Source: Candidatus Hydrogenedentota bacterium
GTDB taxonomy: Bacteria > Hydrogenedentota > Hydrogenedentia > Hydrogenedentales > SLHB01
NCBI GenBank assembly: GCA_963674865.2
Contig: CAXXYE010000009.1
Span: 1,024,001 to 1,088,000, forward strand
Length of the DNA stretch: 64,000 nt
Direction of reading: 5' to 3'
Below are positions 40,318 to 51,200 of the stretch, one piece after another (position 1 is the stretch's first letter; each line of letters starts with the position of its first letter). The position numbers and the translations under genes are program-made. Below the pieces are notes generated by a model. The model had not been told where the DNA came from. It was given only the letters and a program-made list of their open reading frames with translations, and did not search any database.

Positions 40318-41514
40318 TCACCGCTGGAGCGCGCGGACGCTCTCGATGAGGTAATCCAAGGCTTCCTTCTTTTGGCGCGGATTGATAGGCAGCGTCACGA
40401 GGTGTTGCCCCACCTTCTCCGCCTCCGGGAACTGGCCGCGCTCATATCCCCGTTTCCGAAACGCCGTCGTCCAGTGAAGGGGAATATAGTGCATGCCGAC
40501 TTTGACGCCTTTCTCATGCAGCATGGCGTAGATGAAGTCTTCCTTGTCCATGCCGTAGGCATCGGGATCGATCATGATGGGATACAGATGGAACACGTGC
40601 TTGCGGCCGGGCATCACCGTCGGCAGGTGGAGGCCCGGGACGTCTTTCAGGCCCTCGGTGAGGTACGCCGCATTATCGATCCTGCGCTGGTTGAGCATAT
40701 CGAGCTTCTTCAACTGCTCGATACCGACGGCCGCTTGGATGTCCGTCATGCGGAAGTTGTAGCCGGTGTCATCGAAATCCTGCCACCAGAAACGCTTGCC
40801 CTTCGGGAAGGCGGTTTCGTCCAGGCTACAGTACTTGGTGCTCTTCCCATACACACGCGTGCAGTGTGAGCGGTACAGCGCGATGCGCTCGAAGAGGTCG
40901 GGATCATCCGTCAGGACGATACCGCCTTCGCCGAGCGTGGAGATATTCTTCTGCTCGTGGAAGCTGAAACAGCCCGTTGTGCCGATGGACCCGGCCTTCC
41001 GGCCCTTGTATTCGGCGCCGAGGGCGTGGCAGGCGTCCTCGACCACGGCGAGTCCATGCGCTTCGGCGATGGCGAGGATGGGATCCATGTCGCAGCACTG
41101 GCCATACAGGTGAACCGGAACAATGGCCTTCGTCTGCGGAGTGATCGCCGCTTCGAGCTGCTCCGGGTCGAGGTTGTACGTCACGGGATCGATGTCCACG
41201 AAATCGATCTCCGCGCCGAGGGTGGCGGGCGCGGCGGCCGTGGCGATCCATGTCATGGGCGTCGTGATCACCCGATCGCCCGGCTTGATATCGAGGGCTA
41301 CCATGGACATGAACAGGGCGGCCGTGCCATTGCTGACGCACCGGGCGAACTTCGTGCCCGAGTAGGCCGCGAAGGCCTCCTCGAACCGGATACAGGCCTC
41401 GCCGCTGGTGGGCGCGTTCTGGCGCAAGACTTCGAGTACCGCTTGCTCCTCCTCGGGCCCGTATTCGCTGCCGAACTTGATGAACAACTCGTGTTTGATT
41501 TGCGGACTACTCAT
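40318..41514 (-). CDS. DegT/DnrJ/EryC1/StrS PLP-dependent sugar aminotransferase
   Basis: VSNGTAAL, TKAIVPVHLYGQCCDMD, VEDACHALGA, SFHEQKNISTLGEGG (PLP lysine), GYNFRMTDIQAAVG. Confidence 0.93.
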   Translation of the reverse strand: MSSPQIKHELFIKFGSEYGPEEEQAVLEVLRQNAPTSGEACIRFEEAFAAYSGTKFARCVSNGTAALFMSMVALDIKPGDRVITTPMTWIATAAAPATLGAEIDFVDIDPVTYNLDPEQLEAAITPQTKAIVPVHLYGQCCDMDPILAIAEAHGLAVVEDACHALGAEYKGRKAGSIGTTGCFSFHEQKNISTLGEGGIVLTDDPDLFERIALYRSHCTRVYGKSTKYCSLDETAFPKGKRFWWQDFDDTGYNFRMTDIQAAVGIEQLKKLDMLNQRRIDNAAYLTEGLKDVPGLHLPTVMPGRKHVFHLYPIMIDPDAYGMDKEDFIYAMLHEKGVKVGMHYIPLHWTTAFRKRGYERGQFPEAEKVGQHLVTLPINPRQKKEALDYLIESVRALQR

Positions 41515-42418
41515 GCTCCTCTTGCTCCTTTCTGACGGCCAGCACCGCGTCCAGGCCGTCCATGAGCGAGCGCATCGGCGTCTCAAGGACGCGGCGGGCC
41601 TTCGTGTTATCCAGCGAGGCATCATTCGGCCTAGGCGCGCGGCCCTCCATCGCGTTTGAATCCGTAGCGACAACCAGGTCCGGCGAAAACCCAAGCCGCT
41701 CCGCGATCCGGCACGCCATGTCGTAACGGTTCAGGCGCGTGTTGCCGGAGAGGTGGAGCGTCCCCGTGAAGTCGTTTCCGGCCAATTCCAGAAAAGCGCG
41801 GCCGAGGGTGATTACGTCAACGGGAGTCCGGATCTCGTTCTCCGGGAACTTCACCTTCTCGCCGGCCTCGAGACTGCGAAACATCTTCGCCAGGAACGAG
41901 TTTCCCGCGCCCAGCACCGGCAGTCCCATCACGAGCGAAAGGCGCGTGATCACGCTGTTCTCGACTGTCTTCCGGACAATTCCCTCGGCGCGGATCTTCG
42001 TATCGGCGTAGAAGTTCACCGCGTGCGGCGCATCTTCCTCGGTGTACATCCCCTTCGTGCCGTCAAAGACGGTGTCGGTCGAGCACAGCATCATCTTGGC
42101 GCCGTGAGTGGCGCAGAGCCCGGCCAGGGCGCGCGTGACGCCCACGTTTATCTCCTCTGCCTCCTCCTGATGCTCCTCACAATAATCGATGTTTGCCAGC
42201 GCTGCCGTGTGAACCACAGCGGCCGGACGCACATCTTCAAACACGGCCGCGAGCTTGGCCGTGTCGCGCAAGTCGAATTGGTGGCAGCGGAAGCCGGGCC
42301 GCTCTTCGGGCGCTTCGATCAGCGATAGCGCGTAGACGTCCCATTTGCCGCGCGCCTGCCAAACCACACTTCCGGCCACAAAGCCGCCGTAACCTGTGAC
42401 AATCAAGCGTTTGCTCAT
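41507..42418 (-). CDS. RfbD/RmlD-like extended SDR (4-keto-sugar reductase family)
   Basis: IVTGYGGFVA, VVHTAALANIDYCE, STDTVFDG.KG.YTEED, YADTK (YxxxK), RAPRP. Confidence 0.88.
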   Translation of the reverse strand: MSKRLIVTGYGGFVAGSVVWQARGKWDVYALSLIEAPEERPGFRCHQFDLRDTAKLAAVFEDVRPAAVVHTAALANIDYCEEHQEEAEEINVGVTRALAGLCATHGAKMMLCSTDTVFDGTKGMYTEEDAPHAVNFYADTKIRAEGIVRKTVENSVITRLSLVMGLPVLGAGNSFLAKMFRSLEAGEKVKFPENEIRTPVDVITLGRAFLELAGNDFTGTLHLSGNTRLNRYDMACRIAERLGFSPDLVVATDSNAMEGRAPRPNDASLDNTKARRVLETPMRSLMDGLDAVLAVRKEQEEHE

Positions 42419-42461
42419 GATTTCTTCCTATTTAAGGGCCGTTTCGGCCGATGTCTGTCGT

Positions 42462-43829
42462 TTACTGGCCATCACCCGCGGGCGTTGCCGCTTGTTGCCG
42501 TTTCCGCACGGCCGTGGCATACAAGGCGATGATGGACATGAACACAACGAACAAGATGCTCATGGACAGGCCTAGAAGATTGGCGTTGCGGACGACTACC
42601 TCCGGCGCCTGGCCGTCGAGCATGTGCGCGATAACCTGTTCCTGGACAACCGGGCCGATGCTTCCCATACCGTTCACCAGGCCCGCCACCGCCACCGCGT
42701 TGCGCTCTCCGGCCACAACGACGGAGGCGGCTCCGCAAAGGAGGGTGTCGGGGCCGTAGAGCATGAATCCTACCAATCCGAAGCAGAAGGCCAAGGCTAC
42801 CGGATTCGCGCCGAACTGGATCACGGTAAGGTAGCCGACCACCATTCCGAGGCCCATGACGAGACACAGGAGGTGCCACCGCCCGCGAAACACTGCATCC
42901 AGCGCGATGCCGGCTATGATCGCGCCCGCCAGCCCCGCCCAGTCGAAGATCGTCGAGTAGTAAGCCGCGTGGGCCACATTCATGCCTTGGATGTGGAGAA
43001 AGGTCGGGAGCCAGGAGTCCAGGGCGTAGCGGAGACACTTGATGCAGAAATAGGAAGCGCCCATGAGGGGAACCACGGGATTGAGGATGAGCTTGAGATA
43101 TTCGGCGAAAGAAATCTGCTCCGCCGTCGAGGCTTCTACCGAGCGATCTCCCTCGGCTTTGAGGTCGACAATGGGGGAGAGGCCGACGTCCTCCGGCTTG
43201 GTTCGCTGCCAGAAATAGATGAGCCACCAGATCGCGAACGCAAGAAGCGTGCAGCCGAAAAACGCGTACCGCACGCCCATGTGGCCATCACCATACTTCT
43301 CCGTATAGTGAAGGAGCAGGAAACCTCCCAGCATCTTCACGACGATATTGCCCACAACGTAGTTCGTCGACCAGTAGCCCATGATCCTCCCGCGTTCCTT
43401 CTTGCGGAGCCATTCAGCAACGCTGCCCACCGTGCCCGGCCAGCCCGCCGCCTGCACCAGGCCGTTGAAGAACATGAATACCAGGAAGGTGTGGTACGAG
43501 TTGGCGAAGCCGAACACCACATTGCATGCCATTGAAAGCGCGAGGCCGCCCAAGAGAAGCACGCGCGGCCCCCATTTCCGGCCGATGAAGCTGTTGATGA
43601 ACTGGCCGAGCAGGTAGGCCACGAGGTAGGCCGTCCAGATATTCCCCACGCCGATGAAGCCGAAGCCATACTTCTTCTCCAGCGTTGTCTTGCATATGCT
43701 GAATACTTTGCGCACCAGGTAGAAGCCCGCGTAGGCGAAGTACGTGGATATCAGTATCTTCCACCGCCATATGCGGTGGTCGAACGAAAGGACTACCTCC
43801 TCGCTCTCTTGCTGCGCCGGTTCCGACAT
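42462..43829 (-). CDS. MFS transporter, organophosphate:Pi antiporter (GlpT/UhpT)-like
   Basis: YFAYAGFYLVRKVFS, NGLVQAAGWPG, ERGRIMGYWST, KPEDVGL, KCLRYALDSWLP, MLYGPD, AGLVNGMGSIG. Confidence 0.9.
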   Translation of the reverse strand: MSEPAQQESEEVVLSFDHRIWRWKILISTYFAYAGFYLVRKVFSICKTTLEKKYGFGFIGVGNIWTAYLVAYLLGQFINSFIGRKWGPRVLLLGGLALSMACNVVFGFANSYHTFLVFMFFNGLVQAAGWPGTVGSVAEWLRKKERGRIMGYWSTNYVVGNIVVKMLGGFLLLHYTEKYGDGHMGVRYAFFGCTLLAFAIWWLIYFWQRTKPEDVGLSPIVDLKAEGDRSVEASTAEQISFAEYLKLILNPVVPLMGASYFCIKCLRYALDSWLPTFLHIQGMNVAHAAYYSTIFDWAGLAGAIIAGIALDAVFRGRWHLLCLVMGLGMVVGYLTVIQFGANPVALAFCFGLVGFMLYGPDTLLCGAASVVVAGERNAVAVAGLVNGMGSIGPVVQEQVIAHMLDGQAPEVVVRNANLLGLSMSILFVVFMSIIALYATAVRKRQQAATPAGDGQ

Positions 43830-43917
43830 GCTGATCCTCCCCTGCTTGATTCCCCACGACGTTTGGAGCCGTCCGCGCACGGCTCCGGTTCTTCTCGGCC
43901 TTCATTGAGATGGTGTT

Positions 43918-43953
43918 TGATTATGTTCGGATTCGAGCGATATGATAAGTTCG
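43918..43953. promoter_or_regulatory. Putative DeoR/GlpR-type operator between the divergent MFS and regulator genes
   Basis: TATGTTCG-GATT-CGAGCGAT resembles the E. coli GlpR operator (TATGTTCG half-site). Direct repeats TGATTATGTTCG / TGATAAGTTCG. Confidence 0.45.
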
Positions 43954-44074
43954 CTCCAGGGAGATGTCAAACTCGGGAAGACACATGCCAACATCCGGAA
44001 AGACAAGCGCTCAGGCCACTGTGGCTAGTGAAACGGAGCCGACGGCGAACGGCTTGTGCAGAGGAACGGCCCGA

Positions 44075-44833
44075 ATGAACGCGCGCCATGAGAGGATAGT
44101 CGCGTTCTTGGGCGGGCGCGGCGAGGCGTCGGTTCAAGATCTCGCCGAGCATTTCGATGTGAGCCTCATGACTATTCGCCGCGACCTGGCCCTACTGGAA
44201 AGGGCGGGGCGATTGACGCGCACGCACGGCGGCGCCGTCCTTTCCAAGCCGGGCGTCGTGGAATTTGCCTTTGTGGAGAAGGGCGAGCGGTTTGCCGCCG
44301 AGAAGCGCGCTATAGCACGCGAGGCGGCCCGCCTGGTTCAGCCCGGGATGTCCGTGGCCCTCGACAGTGGCACGACCACGCTGGAAGTGGCCAAGGCGAT
44401 CCGAAGCATCGACGGCATCACGGTGCTCACGTCCTCGCTGGCCATCGCCTCCGTTCTCTACGCGCAGGATAACGTCGAGCTCGTGCTCCTGGGCGGGACG
44501 GCCCGGAAGGGGAGTCCCGATCTCACGGGATGGCTTACGGAAGAGAACCTCAAGCAGTTCAAGGTGGACCTCGCCATCGTCGGGGCGGACGGCGTGACGC
44601 CCGACGGCGCGTACACCAAGGCGGTCGATTTGACGCGCGTGTGCCAGGCGGTTATGGCCGCCGGCCAACGAACCATCCTCGTCCTCGACCACAGCAAGCT
44701 GGGGAAGACCTCCTTCGCGCGCTTCACCACGCTCAACAGGATCGACCACCTGATCACGGATGCGGGGGCAGCGAGTCCCACGCGGAAATGGCTCTCAAAG
44801 GCCGTCAGCAACATCACTTACGCGAAGGTTTGA
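44075..44833 (+). CDS. DeoR/GlpR family transcriptional regulator
   Basis: LAEHFDVSLMTIRRDLALLE, RTHGGA, EKRAIA, LDSGTTTLEVA, DHSK, IDHLITD. Confidence 0.95.
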   Translation: MNARHERIVAFLGGRGEASVQDLAEHFDVSLMTIRRDLALLERAGRLTRTHGGAVLSKPGVVEFAFVEKGERFAAEKRAIAREAARLVQPGMSVALDSGTTTLEVAKAIRSIDGITVLTSSLAIASVLYAQDNVELVLLGGTARKGSPDLTGWLTEENLKQFKVDLAIVGADGVTPDGAYTKAVDLTRVCQAVMAAGQRTILVLDHSKLGKTSFARFTTLNRIDHLITDAGAASPTRKWLSKAVSNITYAKV

Positions 44834-45193
44834 CCGCTCTCTTTCGAGAGGTGGCATTGCCCATGAAGAGTCCTAATGCCGCCTCCGCATTCTTGTTCAC
44901 GCCTCAACGCTTCCCGAGTCATATCCGTCACATCCTGCGGCCGATTGCGAAGACGTAGGAGTCGCCGTCGGACATTGGGCTGAAGACAAGTTCATCGTGG
45001 CTCTGTGCAAGCATGTCGGGCGCGGTTGGCCTGTTCCGGCACTTCTGATATGTTGGATGCGATGGAGCGCCCTGAAGCGAGCGGAACCTGCGCGGCCCGG
45101 CACATGTCGAGCGCCAACGGCGAGGCCATACACACAATAACCTTCGAGCAGGGCCAACGGAAGCACAACCGTTCAGAATGAGAGGATACGAGC

Positions 45194-46852
45194 ATGGCAT
45201 CCGGCGACAAAGGACAAGGAAAGGCAGCACACAGGCCGCACGGTATTGAATACCTCCGTGATCCGGCGTTGAACAAAGGCACGGCCTTTACCGAAGAGGA
45301 ACGCGACGCCCTCGGATTGCGCGGATTGCTTCCGCCGCGGATCTCCACACAGGACGAACAGGAGAAACGCATCCTCGAGAACTTCGCCCGCAAGCCAAGC
45401 GACCTCGAGAAGTACATCTTTCTCATCGGCCTGCAAGATCGCAACGAGCGCATGTTCTATCGCACCGTCATCGACAACATCGAAACGATGATGCCCATCA
45501 TCTACACGCCGACGGTGGGCGAGGCGTGCATGAAATTCGGACATATCCTACGCCGTCCTCGCGGATTGTACCTTACGGTTAACGACCGGGGCCGGCTGGC
45601 CGAACTCATGCGGAACTGGCCGCACCGGGACGTGGACATCATCGTTGTGACGGATGGCCAGCGCATTCTCGGCTTGGGCGACCTCGGCGCGAACGGCATG
45701 GGCATCCCCATTGGGAAGCTGTCTCTCTACACCGCCTGCGCGGGGGTGGATCCGGGGCGCTGCCTCCCGATTATGCTCGACGTAGGCACCGATAACGAAG
45801 AACTGCTGAACGACCCGCTGTACATCGGCACATTGCAGCGCCGGCTCCACGGGCCGGATTATGACGCGCTCGTCGAGGAATTCATGGCCGCCGCCGAGGA
45901 GGTCTTTCCGGATGTGCTTATCCAGTTCGAGGACTTCGGTACGCGCAACGCCTTTCGATTGCTCGACAAGTACCGAGATCGATACTGCGTTTTCAACGAC
46001 GATATCCAAGGCACGGCGGCGGTAACGCTTGCCGGACTCTACTCGGCGATGCGCATGATCGATGGGCGGCTGGCGGATCAGAAGATCCTCTTCCTTGGCG
46101 CGGGTGAGGCCGCCATCGGCATCGCGAACCTGATCGTTGCAGCCATGGTAGCCGAGGGCGTCCCCGAGAAGGCGGCCCGGGAACGGTGCTGGTTCGTGGA
46201 CTCGCGGGGACTTGTCGTCGAGCGGCGCGAACACCTTCAGGAGCACAAGCGGCTCTACGCGCACGATTCGGCGTTCCTGCCGGACCTGGCCTCGGCCGTG
46301 GAGTCCTTGAAGCCCACGGCGTTAATTGGCGTGTCGGGGCAGCCGCAGACGTTCACGCAGGGCGTGATCGAGCGCATGGCCGAATTCAACGAGCGGCCGT
46401 TGGTTCTCGCCCTGTCGAATCCCACCTCGAAAGCCGAGTGTACAGCCGAGCAGGCTTACGCGTGGTCGCAAGGCCGGGCGATCTTCGCCAGTGGCAGCCC
46501 CTTTGCTAAGGTGGCCTTCGAGGGCCGGACGTACCAACCGGGGCAGTCCAACAATGCCTATATCTTCCCGGGCCTTGGCCTTGGCCTGATCGCTTGCCGC
46601 GCGCGGCGCGTCGTGGACGAGATGTTCTACGTGGCCGCGAAGAGCCTCGCCGAGCAGACAGGCGATGACGACTTGGCCGCAGGCTGCCTGTTCCCGCCGT
46701 TGACGGCTATTCGCCGCGTCTCAGAGGCTATTGCCGTGCGCGTTGCCCAGGTCGCCTACGCGCAGGACCTCGCCGTCACGCCCCGCCCCGACGACCTGCC
46801 TGCCCACATCCGCGGCATTATGTACTCGCCGGAGTACGAGTCCTTCGTGTAG
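45194..46852 (+). CDS. maeA: NAD(P)-dependent malic enzyme (large type)
   Basis: LNKGTAFT.EER, PIIYTPTVGEAC, VVTDGQRILGLGDLG, IQFEDF, FNDDIQGT, GAGEAA, LSNPTSKAEC, GQSNNAYIFPG. Confidence 0.95.
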   Translation: MASGDKGQGKAAHRPHGIEYLRDPALNKGTAFTEEERDALGLRGLLPPRISTQDEQEKRILENFARKPSDLEKYIFLIGLQDRNERMFYRTVIDNIETMMPIIYTPTVGEACMKFGHILRRPRGLYLTVNDRGRLAELMRNWPHRDVDIIVVTDGQRILGLGDLGANGMGIPIGKLSLYTACAGVDPGRCLPIMLDVGTDNEELLNDPLYIGTLQRRLHGPDYDALVEEFMAAAEEVFPDVLIQFEDFGTRNAFRLLDKYRDRYCVFNDDIQGTAAVTLAGLYSAMRMIDGRLADQKILFLGAGEAAIGIANLIVAAMVAEGVPEKAARERCWFVDSRGLVVERREHLQEHKRLYAHDSAFLPDLASAVESLKPTALIGVSGQPQTFTQGVIERMAEFNERPLVLALSNPTSKAECTAEQAYAWSQGRAIFASGSPFAKVAFEGRTYQPGQSNNAYIFPGLGLGLIACRARRVVDEMFYVAAKSLAEQTGDDDLAAGCLFPPLTAIRRVSEAIAVRVAQVAYAQDLAVTPRPDDLPAHIRGIMYSPEYESFV

Positions 46853-46873
46853 GGGGGGGACGAGAGCCGGGGC

Positions 46874-48172
46874 CTACACGCTCTCCAGCCCGAGCCGGAA
46901 GAAGGCGTTGGCGTTGTCGAAGAGCCAAGCGCGGGCAACCTCTTTGGCGTCGTCGAGGCCGAGGTAATCGATCTCAACCATGTCGCTGAGGGCGATGGCG
47001 ATGTTGTCCCGGGCAATCGAGGCGTGGGCCCACGCGCGGTCGGGCGTGCCGCCGAAGTCGGAGCCGTAGCCGTGGATCTTGCCGTGGGGGACGCACGACA
47101 GGGCCTGCTTGAACATGTTCTGGCAATAGACGGGATCGATGATGTTGGCCCAGCAGAAGTCGATGGCGACATTCGGATAGTTCTTGCCGAGGTAGAGGAG
47201 CTCGCCGCTGTAGGGCCAGTTGGCGTGGAACAGGTCGAACCGCACGTCCCGGTGGAGTTCGAGCACGCGGGTAAGGCCGGCGGCGTTGGTTTTGACGATG
47301 TCGTTGCGGATGCCGGCCATGTGGCCCGTGTGGATCTGGACGGGGAGGTCCATATCGCGCGCCATCCGCATGAACTCGTGGAACAGGAAGTCGTCGAGGG
47401 GCCGGACGCCATCCGGGTAGGAGGCGACGCGCCGCGGGTCCTCCATGAACCAATTGAAGACGGCCTCCGCCTCTGCGCGCGAAGGGTTGCCGTAATCGAG
47501 GGTGCGGTTGTAGGCGCTCTGGTCCTTGAAGGCCACCGCCCCGAAGCGCTTCCAGCCTTCGAAGATCTCACGGCACGCGCCGAGGTATTCTTCCAGGCTG
47601 GTGACATTGCGCTGAAGCGGCGCGACAAGCTCCCGCACGGCGCCGTAGCTCCGAATGGCGTGGTAGGCTGGAAGGCCGATAACGATGCGGGCGCGAGGCG
47701 CGAGCTGTAGCGTGCCGTCGAGAACCTGCTGGGGCGACTTCGGCCAGACGTTGGCCAGACGCGCCGCGATCTTGGCGTCTTCGAGCACGGCTTCGAAGCG
47801 TTCGCGGTCCTCGAAGTCGAGGAGTTTGCCCGCCATGCGTTGGAGCGCCTCCAAGGTGACCTCGTCCTCATCGTAGAACTTCTTCAGAACGCGGCGCACA
47901 ACTTGCGCGTAACCGGTGTGGCACGTGCGTTTCCACACGCGCTCGAATAGGGGCCAGCGCACCTCGATGGGAAGCTCCTTGTTTCCAATGGTGTCGAGTT
48001 CCTCATCGGAGGACGCGCTCTGCATATCGCTGGTGAAATATCCGCTGAGGATGACCTGAAGTGGATCTGTATATTTGGGGCCGCACTCAAGGGTGTGATC
48101 GTGACAGTCCACGAGGGGGATGCCCTCGACATAATCACGCAATTCATCGTAGCACTTGGCCGTGCCTCGCAT
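46874..48172 (-). CDS. Amidohydrolase superfamily protein (uronate isomerase-like/Amidohydro_2)
   Basis: VDCHDH metal motif, FKDQSAYNR, PVQIHTG, FDLFHANWPY, GYGSD, DNANAFF. Confidence 0.85.
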   Translation of the reverse strand: MRGTAKCYDELRDYVEGIPLVDCHDHTLECGPKYTDPLQVILSGYFTSDMQSASSDEELDTIGNKELPIEVRWPLFERVWKRTCHTGYAQVVRRVLKKFYDEDEVTLEALQRMAGKLLDFEDRERFEAVLEDAKIAARLANVWPKSPQQVLDGTLQLAPRARIVIGLPAYHAIRSYGAVRELVAPLQRNVTSLEEYLGACREIFEGWKRFGAVAFKDQSAYNRTLDYGNPSRAEAEAVFNWFMEDPRRVASYPDGVRPLDDFLFHEFMRMARDMDLPVQIHTGHMAGIRNDIVKTNAAGLTRVLELHRDVRFDLFHANWPYSGELLYLGKNYPNVAIDFCWANIIDPVYCQNMFKQALSCVPHGKIHGYGSDFGGTPDRAWAHASIARDNIAIALSDMVEIDYLGLDDAKEVARAWLFDNANAFFRLGLESV

Positions 48173-48200
48173 GGTAGCTCCTTTCAGTGAACGGCTGTGG

Positions 48201-51200
48201 TCATTTCACCTTGCTGGTGAATTCATATGAACCGGAACCAATCTCAAAGACGGCGGCCCCGCCCTGCATGCCTTCGTACTCTACGCCCGGTGCTTCAGCC
48301 GCGGACTTGCCGCCCTCGGTGACGGCATCGGCGTCGGTGGTCGGCACGTATACGGTAGCGCGGGCGTTCGAGGGAATCGACACCTTCAGTGTGAATGCCC
48401 CGTCCTCGACGCGCCAATCCGTGGCGATTGGGCCGCGAATGGACAAGTACTCGCCCGCGGCGTGGGTGAAGCCGCCGCCGGGCCGTGGGCGGATGATGAC
48501 GTGTTGATAAGCAGGCTCTTCGGGGTCGAGGTCGATGCCTGCCAGGTTCCGGTACATCCAGTCGCCGACGGCGCCGTAGGCGTAGTGGTTGAAGGAGTTC
48601 ATGCCGGGATCCTGGAAACCGCCGTGCTCCGTCCAGCCGTCCCATCGCTCCCAGATGGTGGTGGCGCCGTGCCTCACCGAGTAGAGCCACGATGGATAGG
48701 TATCGTTCGTGAGAAGTTGGTAGGCCACGTCGATACGGCCCCCGTCGGCGAGCGCGTCGAGCAGGTAGGGGCAGCCGACGAATCCCGTAGTGAGGTGCCC
48801 GCCGGCATCCTTGACGCGCTGGGCGAGGCGTTCGACAGCGGCGGGGCGCAGAGCCTCCGGCAGGAGGTCGAAATGGAGCGCCAGCACGTAGCACGTCTGC
48901 GTATCGCCCTCGATGTGGCCGTTCTCGTGGACGAAGGCGTTGATGAATGCGGCCTTGATGTCCTGGAGCAGCCGCTCGTATCGCGCCGCATCATCCTCTC
49001 TTCCGATGAGGGTGGCCATTTTCGACAGCAATCGAGCCGAGTAAGCGAAAAACGCCGTGGCAATGAGCTCCTTGGGGATGTTGTCGTCTTTGTTCAGCCA
49101 GTCGCCGTAATTGTTGTTCAGGTGATTCCGCCGGACGAGATCCGGATTGTCGATGCCGCAGTAGTCGATCCACTCTTGCATGGCCGCGTAATGCTTCTCG
49201 ATGAGGCGCGTGTCTCCATAGCATTGGTAGATCGTCCACGGAATGATGATTCCCGCATCGCCCCATGCTGGCGCCCCCTCCGCCGTACTGACGACCCGCG
49301 GGGCCACGTTCGGGAAGGCGCCGTTCGGGTGCTGCGCGTCCTCGACGTCCTGCATCCATTTGGTGAAGAAGGCCGCCGTGTCCATGTTGAAGCAAGCGGT
49401 TCGGCAGAACACCTGGGCATCGCCCAACCACCCGAGCCGTTCATCGCGCTGCGGGCAGTCGGTGGGCACTTCGAGGAAATTCCCCTTCTGCCCCCAGAGG
49501 ATATTGCTCTGAAGTTGGTTGAGCATCTGATGCGAGGAGGTGAAGCGGCCGGCGGGGGCTGTCGCCGAGTGGAGCACGACGCCGGTAAGGGCGTCAGCTC
49601 CCGGCGTCTCCGGATAGCCGGTGATCTCGACGTAGCGGAAGCCGTGAAAGGTGAATGTGGGGGCCCAGACCTCTTCGCCGTCACCCCGGAGCCAATACTC
49701 GTCGATGCACCGCGCGCCGCGCAGATTCTCGACGTAGAGCGTGCCGTCGGGATTCAGGAACTCCCCGAAGCGTAAGGTAATCTTCTTCCCGCGCTCGCCC
49801 TTTACCTTCAGCTTGACGTAGCCTACCATGTTCTGGCCGAGGTCCAGGATGAAGACTCCAGGGCGAGGCTCGGATACGGCTTGAGGCTTGAGCAATTCAT
49901 GCGCCTGGACGGGCACGCCCGGATAGGCCTGCAACTGGGGAGCGGACAACGCCCCCTCCTTCACCGGCGACCACTCCGCATCGTCGAATCCGGCGACGTC
50001 CCAGCCGGGGAGCTCGCGTCGGGCGTCATATTGCTCGCCCATGTAGAAGTCGGAGCCGATGATGGGGCCGTGAGCGGCGCGCCAGGTCGTGTCCGTAACG
50101 AAAGTCTCCTTCGAACCGTCGGTGTAGGTGACCTCAAGCTGGATCAGTGCGCGGGGTCGGCGTTCGGCGTCGACGCGCCTTTCGAGGAGATAGCCGAGGT
50201 AGCCGCTATACCATCCGTGGCCGAGCGCGAGGCCCAGCGCGTTCTCCCCCTCACGAAGGTGCTCGGTGACGTCATAGGTATTGTAATAGACACGTTTATC
50301 GAAGTCGGTCCATCCGGGCGTGAAGTAATCTTCGCCTGCCTTCGCGCCGTTGATGCGCAGTTCGTAGAGGCCGAGGGCAGAGGCGTAGACGGTGGCCTGC
50401 TCGACAGGCTTCGCGAGTGCGATGTCCTTTCGCAGATAGGGGCAGGGCGGGATCTCGAGAACCGTCGGCTGAAACGCGCCCCATGGCTTGTCGCCGGCCT
50501 TGCCCGCCTCAACGAGGTTGGGCCAGTCAGAATCGTCGAAGGCGCGTGTCTCCCAGCCGGAATCGAACTCTTCGCCCCCCTTCCATGAGCCGTCCACGGG
50601 GATCGACGCGATGGCGCCGTCATCGTAGGCGACCTCAAGCACGCCGATGACGCTCGCGGGCATGGGCGAGTTGACGTGTGTGGCGTGAATGGCCAAGGTA
50701 TTCTCACCGGCTTCGAGCCGCCCGGTGACGTCGATGAGGGCGGGGCGCCGCCAGGCCCAGAAGCGGCCATCGCTCGCGCCGGCTTCGGCCCCGTTGACGA
50801 AAAGCGTGAACTGGCCGCCGGAGGATAGCACGCACTGAGCGCGCTGGATGTCCCGGCCTTCCGGTATCTCCACCATCCCGCGATAGACACGAGGGGGATG
50901 CGGCCCGCCCCGCATGAGATCGTCGCCGGGGAGGGCCATCCAGGCGCATGCGTCGAGCGCGGGAGGCTCAGGCCGGCCGAGCGTGGCCGGATGAGGCTCG
51001 TCAAAGCCGATCCACCGGGCCTGCCAATCCTCATCCTTCAGCAGGCCCATTTCCCACCAGGCGATGTCGCTCCAGGGGCCTTCCACGCCGTTCTCGTCCC
51101 ACACGCGAACACGCCACCAGCAATGCCACCGGGAGTGCAGGGGGAAACCGTCATAGGCCACCTGCGCCGACTGATCCGACGCGACTTTGCCGGAGTCCCA

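Noticed and set aside
44850..45020. Possible PAS-sensor pseudogene fragment (..VFAIGR / QDVTDMTREALRREQE on the minus strand)
   Set aside because: Too short and split across frames to support without a homology search.
46846..46880. REP family from GTAG..CTAC motifs at 9775, 27127 and 46849
   Set aside because: The inner sequences do not match each other, and GTAG/CTAC mostly coincide with TAG stop codons. No repeat family can be supported.
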